Source: Patescibacteria group bacterium
GTDB taxonomy: Bacteria; Patescibacteriota; CPR2; UBA1875; JAMCYV01
Assembly: GCA_023473595.1 (NCBI GenBank)
Contig: JAMCYV010000011.1
Span: 1 to 60,335 of the forward strand
Direction: 5' to 3'
Length of the DNA stretch: 60,335 nt
Shown: positions 50,039 to 59,700 of the stretch, piece by piece
How the letters are laid out: each line of letters begins with the position of its first letter
How positions within the stretch are numbered: position 1 is the first letter of the stretch
The notes under the pieces: generated by a model
What the model was told of the DNA's origin: nothing
Database searches by the model: none
The model's input: the letters and a program-made list of their open reading frames with translations, nothing else
Program-made: the position numbers and the translations under genes

Positions 50039-50446
50039 TCATGGCTTTCCAAACAGGAAGCGGAACAAGAGCACGAGGGCTGTGATTATGGCACCGTAAA
50101 ATAAAACGGGGCCGAGAGCTATTATGTTCTTCAATGCGTAGATTAGAGTGAGAACAAGAAGAATAATCACTATCAATTTCCCTATTATTTTTATCACAGC
50201 TTTGGCTTCAGGAATTCTTCTATAAGCCGCTATAATTATCCCAATAAAAAGAAGCGGCCAGAAAAGGTAAGTGAGAAAAAATGACAAAAGCCATCCTAAA
50301 ATCGGCCCTAGAAATCCTGCAAGCATTGTAACGATTATTGCCAAGATTATTATCCACCACCAATTCCTGCTTAGAAATTCCCATACTTTATCATTTTCTG
50401 AAGAATTCAAGCCAGCTCCTTTCTCTAGAAATTGGCTCGATCTCAT
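50039..50446 (-). CDS. integral membrane protein
   Basis: 135-aa ORF with 4 hydrophobic segments, convergent with ligA. Confidence 0.6.
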   Translation of the reverse strand: MRSSQFLEKGAGLNSSENDKVWEFLSRNWWWIIILAIIVTMLAGFLGPILGWLLSFFLTYLFWPLLFIGIIIAAYRRIPEAKAVIKIIGKLIVIILLVLTLIYALKNIIALGPVLFYGAIITALVLLFRFLFGKP

Positions 50447-50517
50447 CTTATTACAAAATAGCCGATTTAGTATCGTTTAACTTTTTAAATAAGAGTTTTC
50501 AAGGTATAATGTGGAAG

Positions 50518-50811
50518 ATGGTTAAAATTTCAAAGGAAGAAGTCGAAAATATTGCCAAACTGTCGCGGATTTCCTTGACTGAAGAGGAGAAAGCAAAGTA
50601 TCAGACTGAACTCTCCTCTATTTTGGAGTGGGTCGAAAAATTAAATGAAGTTAATACAAATGGGGTGCAGCCGACTGGCCAAATTACCGGGCTCTTTAAT
50701 ATTTTAGATTCTGACGAAGTCGAAAAATGCGACATATCACGTGAAGAAATTTTAAAAAATGCGCCAGAAAAGAAAGATGGGTTTATTAAGGTCAAAAAGG
50801 TATTGGAATAA
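50518..50811 (+). CDS. gatC: Asp/Glu-tRNA amidotransferase subunit C
   Basis: MVKISKEEVENIAKLSRISLTEEEKAKYQTELSSILEWVEKLNEV. tataat at 50505-50510. The long ORF-track N-terminal extension (50338) overlaps the antisense membrane gene. Confidence 0.88.
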   Translation: MVKISKEEVENIAKLSRISLTEEEKAKYQTELSSILEWVEKLNEVNTNGVQPTGQITGLFNILDSDEVEKCDISREEILKNAPEKKDGFIKVKKVLE

Positions 50812-50821
50812 GCAACGAATT

Positions 50822-50857
50822 TACGAATTCAATACAAATCATACGAATATTACGAAT
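50822..50857 (+). repeat. solo tacgaat-word repeat
   Basis: tacgaattcaatacaaatcatacgaatattacgaat, collinear with 42281-42317. Confidence 0.65.
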
Positions 50858-50894
50858 GGAAGAAATAAAAACAAAAACGCATAATTTTTCAACA

Positions 50895-51006
50895 CGTCAT
50901 CCTGAACTTGCCTGCCCGATCGTAGTCAGGCGAAGGCGGGATTCAGGACCCACAACTATCTTTTTTAGATTAAATAATAGATTCCAAATCAAGTTTGGAA
51001 TGACAA
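50895..51006 (+). repeat. TGTCAT-type element with inverse termini (copy e)
   Basis: gtcatcctgaa...ttcaggac hairpin, then attccaaa-tcaag-tttggaat followed by gaca. Fills the gatC-gatA spacer. Confidence 0.6.
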
Positions 51007-51016
51007 GTTAGAGCTT

Positions 51017-52498
51017 ATGAAACTTAATGAGTTAGACATAGTACAGGCGGCGGAGGGGCTAAAGAAAGGCGAGTTTAGTTCGGTTGATTTGACGCAGGTT
51101 TGTTTGGAGGTGATAAAAAAGTTGAATCCGGAAATCAATGCTTTTATTACTATTACAGAAGATTTGGCTTTAAATCAGGCGAAAGAGAGCGATGCCAGGC
51201 GGAAAATGGGAAACTCAAGGGGTATTCTGGATGGGATTCCGGTAGCTATAAAAGACAATATTGCTGTGAAAGATTACCCGACAACAGCCGCTTCGAAGAT
51301 TTTGGAAAATTATATTACTGTTGAAGACGCCTTTGTTATAAAAAAACTCAAAGAAGCTGGGGCAGTCATTTTAGGGAAGACTAATCTTGATGAATTCGCC
51401 TGCGGCGGCTCGACAGAGACTTCTTACTTTGAGACGACTAAAAATCCTATTGATCATTCAAGGGTTCCGGGCGGTTCTTCTGGTGGCTCGGCAGCGGCTG
51501 TGGCAGCCGACATGTGTATTTATGCAATTGGTTCGGACACCGGCGGATCAATCCGCCAGCCAGCTTCATATTGCGGGATTGTGGGCTTAAAGCCGACTTA
51601 TGGGGCGGTCTCACGGAATGGGCTTTTTGCGATGGCTTCAAGTTTGGATCAAATTGGCCCTTTAACTAAAACTGTCGAAGATGCTTTCATTGTTTTAAAA
51701 GAATTAGCAAAATATGATGAAAAAGACAGTACTTCGAATAAAAAAGGCGAGGAAACTATTCAAAAAATTGTTGATTTGAAGGGGGTTAAAGGGCTTAAAG
51801 TAGGCATTTTAAAGCAAGGAAAGGTAGCAAACGTTCAAGCAGGAATAAAAAATGATTTGGAGAAGGCGGTTCAAAAATTAAAAGCGGCGGGGGCTCAAGT
51901 TACCGAATTAAATCTTCCGATTCTCGATTATGCCTTGGCAGTCTATTACATCTTGATGCCGGTAGAAGTGAGTTCGAATTTAGGCCGTTATGACGGGATA
52001 AAGTACGGTTACTCCGTAGCCCTCCTTCGCGACGCTACGGAAGGGCAAGCAAGTAGCAAGGAAACAGTAGCAAGGAATTTGGAGGAAGTTTACTTCAAGA
52101 CGAGAGCGGAAGGCTTCGGAGATGAAGTAAAGCGCCGAATTATGCTGGGAGCTTATGCCTCTTCGGCAGGATATTTTGACCAGTATTATTTAAAAGCCCA
52201 AAAAGTGAGAGCGATTATCAAGAAAGAAATTGATGATGCTTTCAAAAAATTCGACTGTCTTCTTTTACCGACAACACCGACGACAGCCTTTAAAATCAGC
52301 GAGAAAACCAAAGACCCAATCATGATGTATTTGGAAGACATATTTACGGTACCGGCGAATATTGCCGGGATTCCTGGAATTAGTGTTCCTTTTGGCAAGG
52401 AAGGGAATCTGCCTTTTGGAATTCAAGTTTTAGGGCCAGAGTTCGGTGAAGAGAAACTATTGAATGTAGCCAAGGCTTTGGAGGAAGCAGATGGGTAA
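51017..52498 (+). CDS. gatA: Asp/Glu-tRNA amidotransferase subunit A
   Basis: Amidase signature GGSSGGSAAAVA, GSDTGGSIRQPA, EGFGDEVKRRIMLG. Confidence 0.96.
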   Translation: MKLNELDIVQAAEGLKKGEFSSVDLTQVCLEVIKKLNPEINAFITITEDLALNQAKESDARRKMGNSRGILDGIPVAIKDNIAVKDYPTTAASKILENYITVEDAFVIKKLKEAGAVILGKTNLDEFACGGSTETSYFETTKNPIDHSRVPGGSSGGSAAAVAADMCIYAIGSDTGGSIRQPASYCGIVGLKPTYGAVSRNGLFAMASSLDQIGPLTKTVEDAFIVLKELAKYDEKDSTSNKKGEETIQKIVDLKGVKGLKVGILKQGKVANVQAGIKNDLEKAVQKLKAAGAQVTELNLPILDYALAVYYILMPVEVSSNLGRYDGIKYGYSVALLRDATEGQASSKETVARNLEEVYFKTRAEGFGDEVKRRIMLGAYASSAGYFDQYYLKAQKVRAIIKKEIDDAFKKFDCLLLPTTPTTAFKISEKTKDPIMMYLEDIFTVPANIAGIPGISVPFGKEGNLPFGIQVLGPEFGEEKLLNVAKALEEADG

Positions 52499-53237
52499 GG
52501 CTCAAAAACTAAAAATTCAAAGAAGGGAAGAAGAAAGAGAGCGAGGACTAAAGAAAGCAGCCAGAAAAAAGTTCATTTTTAAGCTTTTTAGTGCTGTATT
52601 TTTGAGTCTTGTTATCGCTAGCATCTCTTTTATCGGCTATAAACGCTTTATTTCGCCGAGGCTAGCAAAAAACGAACCTACTAAAAACATTCAGAGCTAT
52701 AAAACAGGCGATCGAACTTATTCTCAAACTCCGGAAATGCAAATAGATATTAGTAAAAAGTATACCGCTCTTTTTGAAACAGATATGGGAAGTTTTAAAG
52801 TTGAGCTTTCAGCCGATAAAGCTCCAAAAACGGTTAATAATTTTGTTGTTTTAGCAAAAGATAAATTTTATGACGATCTGACTTTTCATCGGATTGTAAA
52901 GGATTTTATAATCCAAGGCGGGGACCCCAAAGGCGACAGCAGTGGAGGCCCAGGATATAGATTCGACGACGAGCCTATTTCAGGCGATTATACTCCCGGG
53001 ACAGTTGCGATGGCTAATTCAGGCAAAAACACCAACGGTTCGCAATTTTTCATAATGACAGGCGATTACTCTCAAGGCAAATTGCCGAAAGACTATGTTA
53101 TATTTGGGAATGTCTCCGAAGGGATGGAAATTGTGAAAAAAATAGCTGAAACAGAAGTCGAAAAAAATAGCCAAGGAGAGGACTCCAAACCCAAAACCCC
53201 GGTTAAAATCAATAAAATTACAATAGAGGAGAAATAA
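52491..53237 (+). CDS. TM-anchored cyclophilin-type peptidyl-prolyl isomerase
   Basis: FHRIVKDFIIQGGDP, GTVAMANSGKNTNGSQFFI. N-terminal TM segment. Confidence 0.92.
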   Translation: MGKAQKLKIQRREEERERGLKKAARKKFIFKLFSAVFLSLVIASISFIGYKRFISPRLAKNEPTKNIQSYKTGDRTYSQTPEMQIDISKKYTALFETDMGSFKVELSADKAPKTVNNFVVLAKDKFYDDLTFHRIVKDFIIQGGDPKGDSSGGPGYRFDDEPISGDYTPGTVAMANSGKNTNGSQFFIMTGDYSQGKLPKDYVIFGNVSEGMEIVKKIAETEVEKNSQGEDSKPKTPVKINKITIEEK

Positions 53238-53662
53238 TGTTTTATCCAATTTTGATTATATTAATTTTAGGAATCGGTTTAATTCTTTGGATACAAAAAA
53301 AAGAGAAGGTTGCTCCTCAAACAAAATTGAATAAAAAAATTGTTCAAAATAAATGGCTGGATATCGAGGAATATCTTAAATCGGGAGGAAATGATAATTT
53401 GAGGCTTGCAGTTCTAGAGGCTGATAAACTATTTGACTTCTGTCTCAAGGCGATTACCGGTAAAAACAATATCTCAATGGCAGAGAGGCTTAAAATAACC
53501 CAAAAGAAATTCCCTAATTGGCAGGTCTATCAAGAGGTATGGGAGGCGCACAAACTGAGGAACAGGCTGGTTCACGAGCTTGAGGGGATGACTTTTGAAA
53601 CGGAAGCAAAGAAAGCAATCGAAAAGTTCAAAAAAGGCCTTATCGCTTTAAATATGTTGTAG
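53237..53662 (+). CDS. TM-anchored hypothetical protein
   Basis: 141 aa. Core LAVLEADKLFDFCLK resembles MAVIETDKILRFVLK of the 56010 gene. Confidence 0.6.
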   Translation: MFYPILIILILGIGLILWIQKKEKVAPQTKLNKKIVQNKWLDIEEYLKSGGNDNLRLAVLEADKLFDFCLKAITGKNNISMAERLKITQKKFPNWQVYQEVWEAHKLRNRLVHELEGMTFETEAKKAIEKFKKGLIALNML

Positions 53663-53704
53663 TAAACCTTGATTTTAAAGCACCTTTAAAAAGATAATCA
53701 GAAC

Positions 53705-54193
53705 ATGACCAAAGGAAAAATGCCTGAAAAACTTTACAACTCGCTTAAGTCTTATCTTGATCAAGATGAAAAGATGATTGACATCCTAAGAGAGACTTTT
53801 GTTCCGCACTTCGACTTTAGATGGTTAGTGCTTACAAATAAAAGCGTTATTATAGCCATAAGAGAGCTTTTTAACTATAAATTCGTCGATTTCCACTTGA
53901 GAAACATAGACATTAATTTAGAATATGGGTTTTTATACGATCAGCTCGAATTTGGGTCGATGGGCAAAAATTATAGAGCTCAATTTTACGTTTTTCAAAG
54001 AGGGAAAACGCTCGATTTCTTTAAAAAGATGAAAGAGCAAGCCAAAATAATAAGTGAAGGTAAAGAAAAGAAGAAACCGCCTTCTGACCCGATAGAATTA
54101 ATAAAGGAATTAACTAAACTTTTAAAAAGAGGTATCATAACAAAGCAGGAATTTGAAAAGAAGAAGGAAGAATTATTAAAAAAGATAAAATGA
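53705..54193 (+). CDS. PH-like domain protein with C-terminal SHOCT motif
   Basis: C-terminal LIKELTKLLKRGIITKQEFEKKKEELL is SHOCT-like. Confidence 0.6.
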   Translation: MTKGKMPEKLYNSLKSYLDQDEKMIDILRETFVPHFDFRWLVLTNKSVIIAIRELFNYKFVDFHLRNIDINLEYGFLYDQLEFGSMGKNYRAQFYVFQRGKTLDFFKKMKEQAKIISEGKEKKKPPSDPIELIKELTKLLKRGIITKQEFEKKKEELLKKIK

Positions 54194-55668
54194 CAAAATA
54201 CGAAACGGTAATAGGATTGGAGATCCATATTCAGCTTAAGACAAAGTCGAAGATGTTCTGCCGCTGTGATAATTTTTCAGTGAAAGCCGAACCAAATACA
54301 AACATTTGTCCGGTCTGTTTAGGGATGCCCGGGACTCTTCCAAAAGCTAATAAGAAAGCGATTGAATGGCTTTATCTTTTAGGTATTGCTTTAAATGGAA
54401 AAATCAGAGACGGTTTCCAATTTGAAAGGAAAAACTACTATTATCCGGATCTGCCAAAAGCTTACCAGATAACCAGTTCTACTGATAAGCCGGTCGACGG
54501 CGGTTTTCTGGAATTAGAAATTGACAGAGAAACTAGAAAAGTTGAGTTAGACCATATTCACCTTGAAGAAGACGCCGGAAAACTCGTTCATGGCGGAGAT
54601 GATTATAGCTTAGTTGATTTAAACAGGGCAGGGACGCCTCTTATAGAACTTGTTACTAAGCCTGATATTCGTTCGCCAAAAGAAGCAAAGACCTTTGTCC
54701 AAAGGTTAAGAGCGATTGTTAGATATTTGGGTATCTCTTATGCCAATATGGAAGAAGGAAATTTAAGGTGTGATGCTAATATCTCTCTAAGGAAAGCGGG
54801 AGGGAAACTTGGAGAGAAAGTAGAAATTAAAAATCTTAACTCTTTTAAAATGCTTGAGCGAGCTTTGGAATATGAAGAGAAAAGGCAGTCAGAAATCCTA
54901 GAACTGAACAAAAAAATTATTCAAGAAACAAGAGGTTGGGATGACGCTAAAGGGAAGACTCTGCCCCAAAGATTAAAAGAGGAAACTCAGGATTATCGCT
55001 ATTTTCCGGAACCGGATCTGCCGCCTATCTTGGTAGGGAAAACGGAAAAAAACGGTGAATTTTTAATAGGCGAAATTAAAAATAAATTACCAGAATTACC
55101 AGCTGAAAAAGAAAAGAGATTTGAAAAAGAATACGGACTATCTAGGGCTGATGCCAAGATTCTAACCGCAGAAATAGAAATTGCTAGGTTTTTTGAACAA
55201 ACAGTCGGTGCCATTGAAGAAACCGATAAATCTGCTGAAGAAATGAGAAGGTATGCTAAAAAAGCGGCCAATTGGATCTTAACCGAGCTTTTTTATAAGA
55301 TGAAAGAAAAAGACGAAGATATTACTAAGATTAAGATTATTCCTTTTCACTTAGCTTCTTTAATTGATCTTATAGAGAGCGGTCAAATCTCCGGGAAAAT
55401 TGCCAAAGAGATCTTTAACGAAATGTATGAGACGGGGAAAGAACCGGAAAATATCATTAAGGAAAAAGGCTTGGAGCAAATTACTGGCCTAGAAGAACTA
55501 GAGAAAATAATTAAAGAAGTTATAAGTAATAATCCAAAATCGGTTGAAGACTATAAAAAAGGCAAAGAGGCGGCTTTGGGGTATCTTGTTGGTCAAGTAA
55601 TGAAAGAGACCAAAGGGAAAGCAAATCCACAAGCTGTTAACGAGATTTTAAAACAAAAATTAGTTTAA
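54190..55668 (+). CDS. gatB: Asp/Glu-tRNA amidotransferase subunit B
   Basis: YETVIGLEIHIQL, CPVCLGMPGTLP, NRAGTPLIE, GNLRCDANISL, C-terminal GatB/YqeY domain. Confidence 0.96.
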   Translation: MTKYETVIGLEIHIQLKTKSKMFCRCDNFSVKAEPNTNICPVCLGMPGTLPKANKKAIEWLYLLGIALNGKIRDGFQFERKNYYYPDLPKAYQITSSTDKPVDGGFLELEIDRETRKVELDHIHLEEDAGKLVHGGDDYSLVDLNRAGTPLIELVTKPDIRSPKEAKTFVQRLRAIVRYLGISYANMEEGNLRCDANISLRKAGGKLGEKVEIKNLNSFKMLERALEYEEKRQSEILELNKKIIQETRGWDDAKGKTLPQRLKEETQDYRYFPEPDLPPILVGKTEKNGEFLIGEIKNKLPELPAEKEKRFEKEYGLSRADAKILTAEIEIARFFEQTVGAIEETDKSAEEMRRYAKKAANWILTELFYKMKEKDEDITKIKIIPFHLASLIDLIESGQISGKIAKEIFNEMYETGKEPENIIKEKGLEQITGLEELEKIIKEVISNNPKSVEDYKKGKEAALGYLVGQVMKETKGKANPQAVNEILKQKLV

Positions 55669-55701
55669 TTTCTACTTTTTGGCAGCAAAACCCTCCTTTT
55701 T

Positions 55702-55726
55702 TGTCATCCTGAACTTGATTCAGGAT
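55702..55726 (+). repeat. TGTCAT-hairpin element (copy f)
   Basis: tgtc, then a perfect 8-bp hairpin atcctgaa-cttga-ttcaggat. Lies 34 nt after the gatB stop. Confidence 0.75.
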
Positions 55727-56009
55727 CTATAGTTCCATTATTTACTTTCTGGCAGCAGAAAGCTTCCAGGCTTGTGTCGTTCCAGATAGTAGTCGAAGAA
55801 TCTGTTTTCATTCTACTTTTGAGTGACCAAAAGTAGCAAAAGTCACCGACGACGCTCAAAAATAGAGTAAGACTAATAAAAATTTCTCGCTTAAAACCTG
55901 AACCACTTCGTTAAAGCAGGATTTTATCCCGACTAAAGCCGGGATCGCTCGAGATTTTTAAGTCTTACTAGCTATTTTCTCGCTATTGTCGGGTTATGTT
56001 AGAATAAGA

Positions 56010-56633
56010 ATGATGAAAATTATTAAATATGATGATTATTGGAGCGAAGTAGAAGCTTGTATGGCTGAAAGGACAGCTGTCGGCTATAAGATGGCTGTGA
56101 TTGAAACCGATAAGATCCTTCGTTTTGTCCTAAAACAAAAAGGCTATCCAGGGAAAGATTTGCGTCAGCAGATCTTGCTAGCTGGTTGGCGATTGGAAGA
56201 TAAAAAGGGACTTGAAAAAGCCCTAGAGAAAAGAGACGAGATAGTAAATAACCTTGAATACCGGCTTTCTACTTTCGAAGCCGAGGATGCTGTTAAAGCT
56301 TATAGGGAAGCAATCCTTCATTTTACAAGCAAGAAAACTCTTAAAATAAAAGCACGGATTGTTATGTATTACAACCATTATTTGTCTATAAGAAGCACTT
56401 TTTTACAAAGAAGCTTAGTTTTAATATTTGTCTTCTTTCTTTTGGTTAAGTTTTTAAGCTCGACAGAAGTAGGCAAGTCAGTTTCTTTTTATGTGGTAAA
56501 AGCTTCAGATTTCATCTTTAGCTGGTTTTTGGTTTTTGCTCTTCTAGGCATTGCCCTTCTAGTTATTGTCATTTCAAGCTTTCTTTATTTTGAAAAAAGC
56601 AAAACTAGGATAAAAGAAGATAATCTTGATTGA
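56010..56633 (+). CDS. hypothetical protein with C-terminal TM segments
   Basis: ATG at 56010 preferred to the TTG at 55986. Shares an A(V/I)(L/I)E(A/T)DK(L/I) core with the 53237 gene. Confidence 0.6.
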   Translation: MMKIIKYDDYWSEVEACMAERTAVGYKMAVIETDKILRFVLKQKGYPGKDLRQQILLAGWRLEDKKGLEKALEKRDEIVNNLEYRLSTFEAEDAVKAYREAILHFTSKKTLKIKARIVMYYNHYLSIRSTFLQRSLVLIFVFFLLVKFLSSTEVGKSVSFYVVKASDFIFSWFLVFALLGIALLVIVISSFLYFEKSKTRIKEDNLD

Positions 56634-56732
56634 AAGCTAACAAGCGGTTTGCTAGAATAAAATAAGAAAAAAGGACTTTAAGAACTTTAAGGAGGTTTTC
56701 TTTAAAGTTTTTATTCTTTTTAAGAGTAAAAA

Positions 56733-59700
56733 ATGACAGATTTTGTTCACTTACATGTTCATACCCATTACTCGCTTCTAGATGGAATGTGCAAGATCCC
56801 TGATCTTTTGGATAAGGCAAAAGGGCTTGGGATGGATGCTCTTGCTATTACCGACCATGGAGTTATGTACGGGGCAATTGAATTTTACCAGGAAGCGAAA
56901 AAAAGGGACATGAAGCCGATAATCGGCTTCGAGGCCTACATCGCTCCTAGAAAACTTACCGATAAAACCCCAAGAGTGGACGGCCGGCCTAGCCACCTGA
57001 CTCTCTTAGCTCAAAATTTAGATGGCTACAAAAACTTAATCAAGCTCACGACTATCGCTCATCTAGAAGGCTACTATTATCGGCCGAGAATTGATAAAGA
57101 AGTTTTAAAAGAAAACTCCAAGGGGATTATCGCTCTTTCAGGGTGCGCTAACGGTGAAATCGCTAGATACCTTTTAGAAGGGGATTATGATTCGGCCAAA
57201 AAAACAGCTTCAGAATTTAAAGAAATTTTTGAAAAAGGCAATTTTTACTTAGAGATGCAGTTCGTTCAGAAGGAGTGGCCGGATCAAATTAAAATAAATG
57301 AGGGGTTAAAAAAAATCGCTCATGAATTAGATTTGCCTTTGGTAGCGACTTCGGATGTTCATTATATAAATAAAGATGATGCCGAAGCCCAAGACGTTCT
57401 TCTATGTCTCCAAACCGGCACTTTTGCTGATGATGAGGACCGAATGAGAATGCCGGGCGATTGGTCGCTTCTTTACTCCGAAATAAAAGAATGTTTCAAA
57501 GATATGCCCGAAGCCCTAAAAAATACCGTAAAAATTGCAGAAAAATGCAATCTAGAACTAGAACTTGGCAAATATCAGATCCCAATTTTTGAAGTCCCAA
57601 AAGGCAAAACCACTAAATTTTACTTAGAAGAACTGGTTCATACAGGCTTAAAAGAAAAATATAAAAATATTACCCGAGAGATCAAAGAGAGGTGTGAATA
57701 TGAACTCTCAATTATTGAAAAAATGGGCTTTGAAGGCTACTTCCTTGTCGTCTGGGATTATGTCAAATGGGCCAAAGACAATGGGATAGTTGTGGGGCCG
57801 GGAAGAGGATCAGCCGCTGGAAGCATAGTCGCTTATGCCTTAGATATTACCGAAATCGACCCTTTGCCTTATGATCTTCTCTTTGAAAGGTTTTTAAACC
57901 CCGATAGAATCTCTATGCCTGATATTGATATGGATTTTGCCGATGATAGAAGAGATGAGGTTCTAAAATATGTCACCGAAAAATACGGCCGAGATCATGT
58001 AGCCCAAATTATTACCTTTGGGACAATGAAGGCCAGGAATGCGATCCGTGATACCGGCCGAGTTTTGGGCTTTAGTTATAACGAAGTGGATGCTATTGCC
58101 AAAATGGTGCCAGAAGTCATTAATATCAAATTAAAAGACGCTTTAGACCAATCGCCGGATTTGAAGGCAGAGTACAGAAATGACCCGAAGGTTAAGCATT
58201 TAATAGATATTGCAATGAGGCTAGAAGGGGTTACTAGACACGCCTCGACTCATGCTGCCGGGGTCATTATTTCTAAGGATCCCTTGATAGAACAGGTCCC
58301 GCTTCAAAAAAGCACTCGTGGTGACGATGTTATAAATACCCAATATGAGATGGATCCGTTAGAAAGCTTGGGCCTTATTAAAATGGACTTTCTAGGGCTT
58401 TCCAATCTAACAATCATCAAAAATGCCTTGAGGATTATTAAAAAAGTTTATGGGGAAGAGATTGATATAGATCATCTGTCATTGGATGATAAAAAAACTT
58501 ACGAACTTCTTTCCAGGGGTGATACGACGGGCGTGTTCCAGTTTGAATCGTCCGGTATGAAGAGGTACTTGAGAGACTTAAAGCCGTCAAATTTTGAAGA
58601 CATTACAGCAATGGGCGCGCTTTACCGTCCGGGGCCCTTAAATTCAGGGATGGTTTCTGAATTTATCGACCGAAAACACGGCCGCAAGAAAATTAGCTAT
58701 CCACATCCAATAATGGAACATGCGTTAAGTAATACCTACGGGGTTATTGTCTACCAGGAGCAGGTTATCCAGCTTTCAAAAGATATGGCTGGTTTTACTG
58801 GTGGCGAGGCTGATAACTTGAGAAAAGCGGTGGGTAAGAAGATTCAGAAGCTCATGAAGGAGCAGAGACAGAAATTCATTGAAGGCTGTGTTAAAAATGG
58901 ATTAACTAAAAAGTTGGCAGAGGATACATTTCTCTCAATCGAAAAGTTTGCCGAGTATGGGTTTAATAAATCCCATGCAGCTTGTTATGCATTAATTTCT
59001 TACCAGACGGCTTATCTTAAGGCTTACTTTCCATCAGCTTTTATGGCCGCCCTTATGACAAGCGACTATTCGAATATCGATAAAATCGCCAGCGAAATCG
59101 ATGAATGCCGCAAAATCGGGATTGAAGTCCTTCCTCCAGATGTAAACGAAAGTTTTGCCGAGTTTGCGGTAGTCAAAGACACAGGAAAAATAAGATTTGG
59201 CCTTAAGGCAGTGAAAAATGTTGGTGAAGGAATCATTAAAGCTATTGAAGAAGCAAGGAAGACTGGCGGCAAATTCAAAAGCATCGATGATTTTGTAAGA
59301 AGAGTCGATGCTAAGGAAATTAATAAAAAGGTAATGGAATCCTTGATAAAATGCGGCACTTTCGATTCCTTGGCCGAGAGAGAAGATCTCCTCTTTAATC
59401 TGGAAAAGATTCTAGGGTTTGCTACTAAAGCTCAAAAGGACCAGTCGTCGGGCCAGATCGACCTTTTTGGCGGTAACGGTTACCATTTGCCTGGTTTTGA
59501 AATTATAAAGTCCAAGCAGAGACTGAGGAAAAAAGAAAAGCTTGATTGGGAAAAAGAGCTTTTAGGCATTTATATTTCCGACCATCCTTTGAAGGAATAT
59601 TCAGGCATTTTAGAAAAAGAAGGGGCGATAAAATGCTCAGAGCTTTTAGAACATTTAGATGATAAGGAAGTGAAAGTCGGCGGAGTCATTACTTCTGTAC

